The notes under the pieces were generated by a model. It searched no databases, was not told the origin of the DNA, and was given only the letters and a program-made list of their open reading frames with translations. A program made the translations under genes and the position numbers. This document shows, piece by piece, positions 13,534 to 19,013 of a DNA stretch of 19,013 nt (its first letter is position 1; each line of letters opens with the position of its first letter). The stretch covers positions 1 through 19,013 of the forward strand of contig JBKPAK010000102.1 of NCBI GenBank assembly GCA_046726415.1. Reading direction: 5' to 3'. The stretch is from Candidatus Methylomirabilota bacterium (GTDB lineage Bacteria > Methylomirabilota > Methylomirabilia > Rokubacteriales > CSP1-6).

Positions 13534-13590
13534 CTCCACCGCTACGGCAAAGTGATGGAGCCCGCGGCCTCCACGTAACGGCCAGCGCGC

Positions 13591-13622
13591 AAGAAAGAAA
13601 AGGCCCGTGCGAGCGGGCCTTT
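13591..13622 (-). terminator. Rho-independent terminator of the CHRD gene (possibly bidirectional)
   Basis: AAAGGCCCG-TGCGAG-CGGGCCTTT is a perfect 9-bp inverted repeat (13599-13622). On the - strand it runs into TTTTCTTTCTT and lies 25 nt past the stop at 13648. Confidence 0.8.
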
Positions 13623-13647
13623 CCGAGCCGCGGAATGCGGACGCGCA

Positions 13648-14079
13648 CTATGGCTTGATCTGCCCGCGGATCTCCCCGCCTTTGTTGGCGGCGCTGTGAA
13701 CGTTGACGTAAAGGTTGCCCGCCTTGTAGGCCGCGTACTGGTCATCGGTGAGCTTGGCGCCCGCGGGAACGGTGTAGGTGTTGCCGCTCTTGGTGAGGGG
13801 GACGATGACCGGCCCGTTCTGCCCCGGCGCAGCCTGGTGGATGTGCGCGGCAGTGCCCTCGACGCCGGTCGTAATGACGCTGCCGCTGACCGCCTTGTCG
13901 TCGCCGACCGTGATGGTGCCCTTGCCGGAGGCAGAGGTGGTCACGGGAGGAACCTCCTGGCTTCCGCTGAGGGTGATGTCGACGGCGCTGGAGGTTCCGG
14001 GGTATCCGACGACGAGGATCGCCGCCGCGCCCATGCCCACCCAGAACGGCCGACTCATGACCTCGTGCCATGCGCTCAT
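13648..14079 (-). CDS. CHRD-domain protein with probable signal peptide, 143 aa
   Basis: GGAGGA RBS before ATG 14079. Hydrophobic N-terminus ending ..TSSA. CHRD motifs LSGSQEVPP, AAHIH..GQNGPVIVPL and GNLYVNVHS..GGEIRGQI. Confidence 0.9.
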   Translation of the reverse strand: MSAWHEVMSRPFWVGMGAAAILVVGYPGTSSAVDITLSGSQEVPPVTTSASGKGTITVGDDKAVSGSVITTGVEGTAAHIHQAAPGQNGPVIVPLTKSGNTYTVPAGAKLTDDQYAAYKAGNLYVNVHSAANKGGEIRGQIKP

Positions 14080-14198
14080 GTGTTTCCTCCAGTTGGTTTG
14101 GCCTAGCGAAGAGTGACCTCTATCGTTTTCCACCAATCGTACTCCTGTATCCCGCTCGCGGCCGGGCTCAACCGCTTCCGAATGGTGAGGCCTGCCGG

Positions 14199-14261
14199 GA
14201 CGAGACATTCCAGACGATGCGAGAGCGCGAGGTCAGCGGCTCCGCGCTGATGTTCGACTGA
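14199..14261 (+). repeat. Direct repeat: second partial copy of the adh 3' end including its stop codon (matches 13382-13442)
   Basis: Encodes DETFQTMREREVSGSALMFD* versus adh DEAFQAMRE(R)EVIRSVLMFD*. By eye 52 of 63 columns are identical, with 9 mismatches and a 2-nt gap in the adh gene. Confidence 0.88.
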
Positions 14262-17200
14262 TCGCCGCCTCCACCTGCTCCGGCCAGAACCGCATATCCA
14301 TCTCGCGGTACATCGTCGCAGCGGTGGTGAGGTGGTCCTCCGCCTCTTGCCGGTTATCCGCTTGCCGGTAGAGCTGGCCGAGGCCGAGGTGGCAGTGCGC
14401 AAGGAGCGGGCGCATCTCGAGTTCCGTGGCCAGGGCCATGGCCTGACGGTACCGGTGCTCGGCTTCTTCGCCTTCCGGCGGGTCCCGATGGGAGTGGATC
14501 TCGCCGAGAAGCCTCAGGGCATACGCTTCGTTGCCCCGTTCCTGGTGCGCATGGGCGAGCGCCAGCGCTTGCTCGGCGTGGGCGTGCGCTTCCTCCAAAC
14601 GACCGGCCAGCACATGCGCCTTCCCTAGGGGGAGACGACAGAGCGCCTGAAAGCCGATCATCTCCGGTGCCATGGTCTGTTCCATCGCCCGAGTGAGCAG
14701 TGGCGCGGCATCCGCGGCGCGTCCGTCGAGCTCATAGGCTTCGCCCAGGGCGGCCGCCATCCTGGGGACAAAGAGCGGGAGGTTCGCTTCCCGTCCAATG
14801 CCCATGGCCTGTTCGAGTCGGGCAAGGGCCCTGGACAGGTGGCCCTGGCGAAGGGCAAGTAGACCGATCCCGTAATCGGCCCACATCAGGCTGCTGGGAT
14901 GTCCAACGGCCTCGGCAATCTGCAGCCCCTGTTCGCCAAGGGCTATGCCTTCGGCGAACATCCCCAGCTCGGCATAACAGACAGCGAGGAAGGCGCGGGA
15001 CTGCACGGCTGGCAGATTCGCCTGACCGAAGCGCTCGTATTGCCGCGCCCCGTCAAGGGCCGCCACCGTCTGTCCGAGGCAGTCGATCGCCCGCCGATAG
15101 TGGCCCTGCGCCCAGTGGGTCGCGCCGAGGAAGAGGTTCGCCAAAGCCTGTCGCACGACGTCCCCGCCGGTCGTCCCCAGTGTGAGAGCGCGCTGAGCGG
15201 CGGCGATGGCCTCGTCATACGCGCCCCTGTTGCGGAAGTGGACGGACAGAAAGCCGGAGATCTGTCCGAGCCGACGAGGATCGTCGAGGGCCACGGCAAG
15301 AGCTTCGGCTTCGCGTAGGCACGCCAGGATCCGCCCGGAGTCGCTGGACGGCAGGAGCGCCGAGCGCAGGGCGAGGCGGAGGTCGATGGCCTGCTCGCGC
15401 ATGTCGCGCGTTTCCGGTAGATGCGACAGAGCATCGAGCGCCTGCTCGTAGTACCCCGCGGCCTCGCGATAGGCCGACCGGTCGAGCGCCTTGAGCCCGG
15501 CCTGCCGCAGGTAGTGCAGGGCCTTGTCCCACATCTCGCCGCGGACCGCGTGGTGACTCAGCCGCTCGACGTGTTCGATCAGCCTGGCCACGTAGAGGGT
15601 CTCGAGGGCCTCCATGATCTGGGCATGGGTGATGCGGCGCCGCTCGTACAGGAGGCTCGCATAGGTCACCTCGTGCGTGAGGGCGTGCTTGAAGGTGTAC
15701 TCGTGGTCGGGAAAGAGGCGCGTCTCGTAGAGGAATTCGGCGGCCTGCAAGTGGTCGAGCCCGCGGCGCAGATCCTCGTCCGGGAGGTCGGCCACCGCCT
15801 GGAGCAGCGCGAAGGGCACATCCTTGCCGACCACCGAAGCCACCTGTAGGAGGCGCTTCTGCTTCGGTGGCAGTCGGTCGACGCGTGCCGCCAGCATCGC
15901 CTGGACCGTGGGGGGAACCTGGATAGCCTGGACCGGTTGTGTCAGCCGATACCGCCCTCGCTCCCCCACCAGCGCTTTCGTCTCCACCAAGGTGCGAACG
16001 GTCTCCTCCAGGAAGAACGGGTTGCCGCTCTTGACTAGGAGCAGCTTGAGCGGCGCGAGCCCGGCGTCCTCTCCGAGGAGAGCGTCGAGCAGCTCGCCGG
16101 CGCTCTCCGCCGGAAGCGCCTCCAGCCGCAGCTCGCGGTAGTACGCCTTGCCGCCCCAGGCGTGCTGGTAGTCGGGACGGTAGTTCACCAGGAGCAGCAC
16201 ACCCGCCGATTCCAGGCTGTCGACCAGGCCGTCGAGCAGCGCTTGCGTCTCGCTGTCGATCCAGTGGAGGTCCTCGAAGACCAGCAGCAGCGGTTGCACC
16301 CGGGCCTCGCGCAGCATCAACCGCCTCACGGAGTCGAGCGTCCGCTGCCGGCGCTCATTCGGGTCGAGCTTTTGCCATGCGGCGTCGTCCACGGGCGCCT
16401 CCAGCAGGGTCAGCAACGCCGGGAGCGTCGGCCTCAGGGATTCATCCAGCGTGAGCAGCTTGCCGGTCACCTTCTCGCGGACTTCGCGCACGTCGTCCCG
16501 GTTCTGGATCTTGAAGTAGCTCTTGAGGAGGTCGATCACCGGCAGGTAGCTCGTTGCCTTGCCATACGACACCGAGGCGCTCTCGAGGACCGACCAACCT
16601 TGCAGGCGGTGGGAGTGCGTGAGCTCGTAGACGAGGCGCGACTTCCCCACCCCGGCCGCGCCCACGATCGCCGCCACCTGTCCGTGACCGGTGCTGGCGA
16701 GCTCCTGAGCGCGGCGGAGCTGCTCCAGCTCGGCATCGCGTCCGACGAAGCGCGTCAGGCCGCGCCGAACGGCCGCCTGCAGCCGCGTTCGTGCCGGGCC
16801 CGCTCCGGTAACCTCGTACACCTCTAAGGGGTGGGCGAGTCCCTTCACCGGCACGGGGCCCAGCGACTTCACCTCTACGTAGCCCTCGCAGAGCGCGAGC
16901 GTATCGGGAGTGATCACGATCGCCCCGGGATCGGCGAGCTGCTCCATCCGCGCGGCCAAATGCGTTGTCTGGCCGACCGCCGCGTAGTCCATGTGGAGGT
17001 CGTTGCCGATGGCGCGCACGACGACCGTCCCGGAGTTCAGTCCGACGCGCATCTTGACCACGGCCGCATGTGAGCGTCGCACTTCGTCCGCGTACTTCCT
17101 CACACTGTCCTGCATCCTGAGCGCCGCGTAGCACGCCCGCACGGCGTGATCCTCGTGGGCGAGCGGCGCCCCGAACAGGGCCATGATGCCATCGCCCATC

Positions 17201-17604
17201 ACCTGGTTCACCGTGCCCTCGTAGTGGTGCACGGCTTCCATCATCCGTTCCAGCACCGGGTCGAGGATCGTGCGGGCCTCTTCGGGATCGCGGTCAACGA
17301 GCAACTCCATCGAGCCCTTGAGGTCCGCGAAGAGCACGGTGACCTCCTTGCGCTCCCCTTCGAGGGCCGCCTTCGAGGTGAGAATCTTCTCGGCGAGGTG
17401 CCGGGGAGTGTACATCGCTGGAGCGGGCGAACGAACGGGGGCGGCAAGGTCAGCGGCTACGGCTTGGCCACACTGGGGGCAGAAGCGGGCGCCTGCAGGC
17501 AATGCTGCGCCGCAGGAGCCGCACGCGACCGCCAGGTTGGTCCCGCAGTGGGAGCAGAACCTGACATTGGGCGCGTTGTCCTGCTGGCACCGAGGGCACT
17601 TCAT
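14233..17604 (-). CDS. Double zinc ribbon + class III adenylate/guanylate cyclase + STAND (AAA) ATPase + TPR protein, 1123 aa
   Basis: Start trimmed to MKCPRC (ATG 17604, GGAGGG upstream). Four CxxC motifs; cyclase motifs VTVLFADLKGS, MGDGIMALFGAP, RVGLNSG and LAARME; Walker A GAAGVGKS; Walker B LLLVFEDLHW; GNPFFLEE; FKHALTHEVTY; helical repeat C-terminus. Confidence 0.92.
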   Translation of the reverse strand: MKCPRCQQDNAPNVRFCSHCGTNLAVACGSCGAALPAGARFCPQCGQAVAADLAAPVRSPAPAMYTPRHLAEKILTSKAALEGERKEVTVLFADLKGSMELLVDRDPEEARTILDPVLERMMEAVHHYEGTVNQVMGDGIMALFGAPLAHEDHAVRACYAALRMQDSVRKYADEVRRSHAAVVKMRVGLNSGTVVVRAIGNDLHMDYAAVGQTTHLAARMEQLADPGAIVITPDTLALCEGYVEVKSLGPVPVKGLAHPLEVYEVTGAGPARTRLQAAVRRGLTRFVGRDAELEQLRRAQELASTGHGQVAAIVGAAGVGKSRLVYELTHSHRLQGWSVLESASVSYGKATSYLPVIDLLKSYFKIQNRDDVREVREKVTGKLLTLDESLRPTLPALLTLLEAPVDDAAWQKLDPNERRQRTLDSVRRLMLREARVQPLLLVFEDLHWIDSETQALLDGLVDSLESAGVLLLVNYRPDYQHAWGGKAYYRELRLEALPAESAGELLDALLGEDAGLAPLKLLLVKSGNPFFLEETVRTLVETKALVGERGRYRLTQPVQAIQVPPTVQAMLAARVDRLPPKQKRLLQVASVVGKDVPFALLQAVADLPDEDLRRGLDHLQAAEFLYETRLFPDHEYTFKHALTHEVTYASLLYERRRITHAQIMEALETLYVARLIEHVERLSHHAVRGEMWDKALHYLRQAGLKALDRSAYREAAGYYEQALDALSHLPETRDMREQAIDLRLALRSALLPSSDSGRILACLREAEALAVALDDPRRLGQISGFLSVHFRNRGAYDEAIAAAQRALTLGTTGGDVVRQALANLFLGATHWAQGHYRRAIDCLGQTVAALDGARQYERFGQANLPAVQSRAFLAVCYAELGMFAEGIALGEQGLQIAEAVGHPSSLMWADYGIGLLALRQGHLSRALARLEQAMGIGREANLPLFVPRMAAALGEAYELDGRAADAAPLLTRAMEQTMAPEMIGFQALCRLPLGKAHVLAGRLEEAHAHAEQALALAHAHQERGNEAYALRLLGEIHSHRDPPEGEEAEHRYRQAMALATELEMRPLLAHCHLGLGQLYRQADNRQEAEDHLTTAATMYREMDMRFWPEQVEAAISRTSARSR

Positions 17605-17749
17605 GCCGGGAGCCCTCCAAGGGGAGGAACCTGACCGGTTTCCTTCCATGAGATCAAAGAGCGGGGAAGGCGGTTCAGGCGCGCGGCTGTCTCTGCCGCT
17701 GGCGTTCGTACGGCCACGGCGATCTCGATGTCGTGGCTGGCCTTTCAGA

Positions 17750-19013
17750 TTAGACGGGCGCCTGCAATACCTGCTGGGCGCCACGCAATTCCGGCGCGTC
17801 CGGGGCGAGGCCGACCTCTTCGGCTCGCAGCACCAGTTGTCGGCAGGCCTGCCGTTGCAGCGTGGCGTCGCCCTTCCGCTCGTAAGCCCAAGCCAGCGCC
17901 GCCAGCGATGGTATGTGGTAGGAATTGGCCAGCAAGCGCTGCTGGGCCAGCTGGATGACCTCCTCCACGTGCCCGAGGCGGCGGTGCAACTCCATGAACA
18001 CGTCGGGGAAGATATCCTTCTGCTCCCGGCTGCCGCCGCCCATGGTGTGGATCTGCTCCACGGCTGGCGCCATGAGCCGCACGGCTTCGGCCACATCGCC
18101 CCGGACGAGCGCCAGTTCGCCCTCGAGGAGCGATACCCCTAAGGTGGACCAGTGGCCGCTGCCCCGCCCCTCCGGGAGGCGTCGTAGCCGCTCGATCTGC
18201 TGCTTGGCCTTGCTCCATTCCCCGGCGCGCGCAAAGGCCACACCGATCCAGTGGTGCATCCAGGTGGTCTGGAAGTCCGCATACTCGAGAATGCGTTCGG
18301 CCTGCTCGGCCAGGTCTTGCCAGATCGCCTCGTCGGAGGGCATGTGACGCAGCACTTCGAGTCGCCACAGGAGCTCGATTCGCTCGTACAGCGGCAAGGG
18401 GGGACTGGGGGAGGCCCAGTAGTCGCGGGTCAGGCGTTCGTGCCCGAGGATAGCCTGCGCGTCGGCCAGGTGCCAGAGGAGGTGGGCGTAGCGTTCGAGC
18501 GATACGGCGCGTTCAAAGGTCGTGAGCGCATTGCGGTAGTCGCCTCGGGCCTGATAGGCATGGCCGACCGCGTGGTAGGTATAGAGACTGGTCGGGTCTT
18601 GCGCCAAGGAGCGCAGACTCATCGCGAGCCCTTCGTCGTTGTATCCGGATTGTTCCAGAAAGAAGCCGAGCATCGTCTGAAATTGGGACTCGCCGGGGTT
18701 GGCCTCGAGACTCCGGCGCGCGAGGTCGATGCCGTCCCGATAGCGCCCCTGGGTAATGCAATTCAGGCCGACGATTCGCACGGCGATGCGATCGGTCGGA
18801 TACTGGGCGGCGATTTGCCCCAGCAGAACATACGTCTCGGCCTGGTCACCGCGTTGCATGGCGTCGACAGCGCACACGTGCAGCCGCTCGCGCTCGTGGT
18901 GCACATCGTCGGCCAGCGCGGCGGCTTGACGACCCGAAGCCGTGGCCAGGTCGGCTCTTCCCATACGCCAGGCGATATACGCCTTCGTGCAGTGCACGAG
19001 CGCGAAGTGCGGA
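17750..19013 (-). CDS. Tetratricopeptide-repeat protein (possibly TTC38-like), 5' end outside the window
   Basis: The frame is open to the window edge (..PHFALVHCTKAY). TPR-like units (ARRSLEANP, LRSLAQDP..YHAVGHAYQARGDY). HLLWHLA and MGGGSREQKDIF resemble TTC38-type proteins. Confidence 0.75.
   Translation of the reverse strand, partial: PHFALVHCTKAYIAWRMGRADLATASGRQAAALADDVHHERERLHVCAVDAMQRGDQAETYVLLGQIAAQYPTDRIAVRIVGLNCITQGRYRDGIDLARRSLEANPGESQFQTMLGFFLEQSGYNDEGLAMSLRSLAQDPTSLYTYHAVGHAYQARGDYRNALTTFERAVSLERYAHLLWHLADAQAILGHERLTRDYWASPSPPLPLYERIELLWRLEVLRHMPSDEAIWQDLAEQAERILEYADFQTTWMHHWIGVAFARAGEWSKAKQQIERLRRLPEGRGSGHWSTLGVSLLEGELALVRGDVAEAVRLMAPAVEQIHTMGGGSREQKDIFPDVFMELHRRLGHVEEVIQLAQQRLLANSYHIPSLAALAWAYERKGDATLQRQACRQLVLRAEEVGLAPDAPELRGAQQVLQAPV

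Noticed and set aside
13443..13622. Mini CRISPR-like unit (hairpin, 32-bp gene-matching segment, hairpin)
   Set aside because: The two hairpins differ in sequence, there is no repeated unit and no cas gene is present.
17605..18096. 164-aa N-terminal extension of the cyclase ORF, and weak hairpins at 17622-17647 and 17711-17739
   Set aside because: The extension overlaps the TPR gene and a good RBS precedes ATG 17604. The hairpins depend on G.U pairs on the non-transcribed strand.

Overview
GC-rich bacterial DNA; the gene content resembles Candidatus Rokubacteria/Methylomirabilota-type genomes (inference only). Left: a ketopantoate reductase-family gene (-), then a glyoxalase/VOC gene and a CitE-like CoA-ester lyase (+). 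Centre (2495-10223): a tightly packed defence-type operon, fic-hsdM-hsdS-[DUF4160/DUF2442 toxin-antitoxin]-hsdR. All three type I R-M genes are frameshifted (six visible shifts) and the Fic catalytic motif is degenerate, while the embedded TA pair is intact. A DUF222-HNH (13E12-like) nuclease gene follows. The segment ~12000-14260 is a mosaic: a Zn-dependent alcohol dehydrogenase gene whose 3' end occurs in two extra diverged partial copies (12016-12092, 14199-14261), a truncated DUF433/DUF5615 TA remnant, an inverted 32-bp fragment of the neighbouring cyclase gene and a CHRD-domain gene. Right (-): a zinc-ribbon/class III cyclase/STAND ATPase/TPR gene and a 5'-truncated TPR gene. No rRNA, tRNA, CRISPR array, integrase or transposase was seen. 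I cannot demonstrate a new system. The best leads are the adh 3'-end hotspot and the TA pair embedded in the decaying R-M operon. All family calls come from motif recognition, not database searches.
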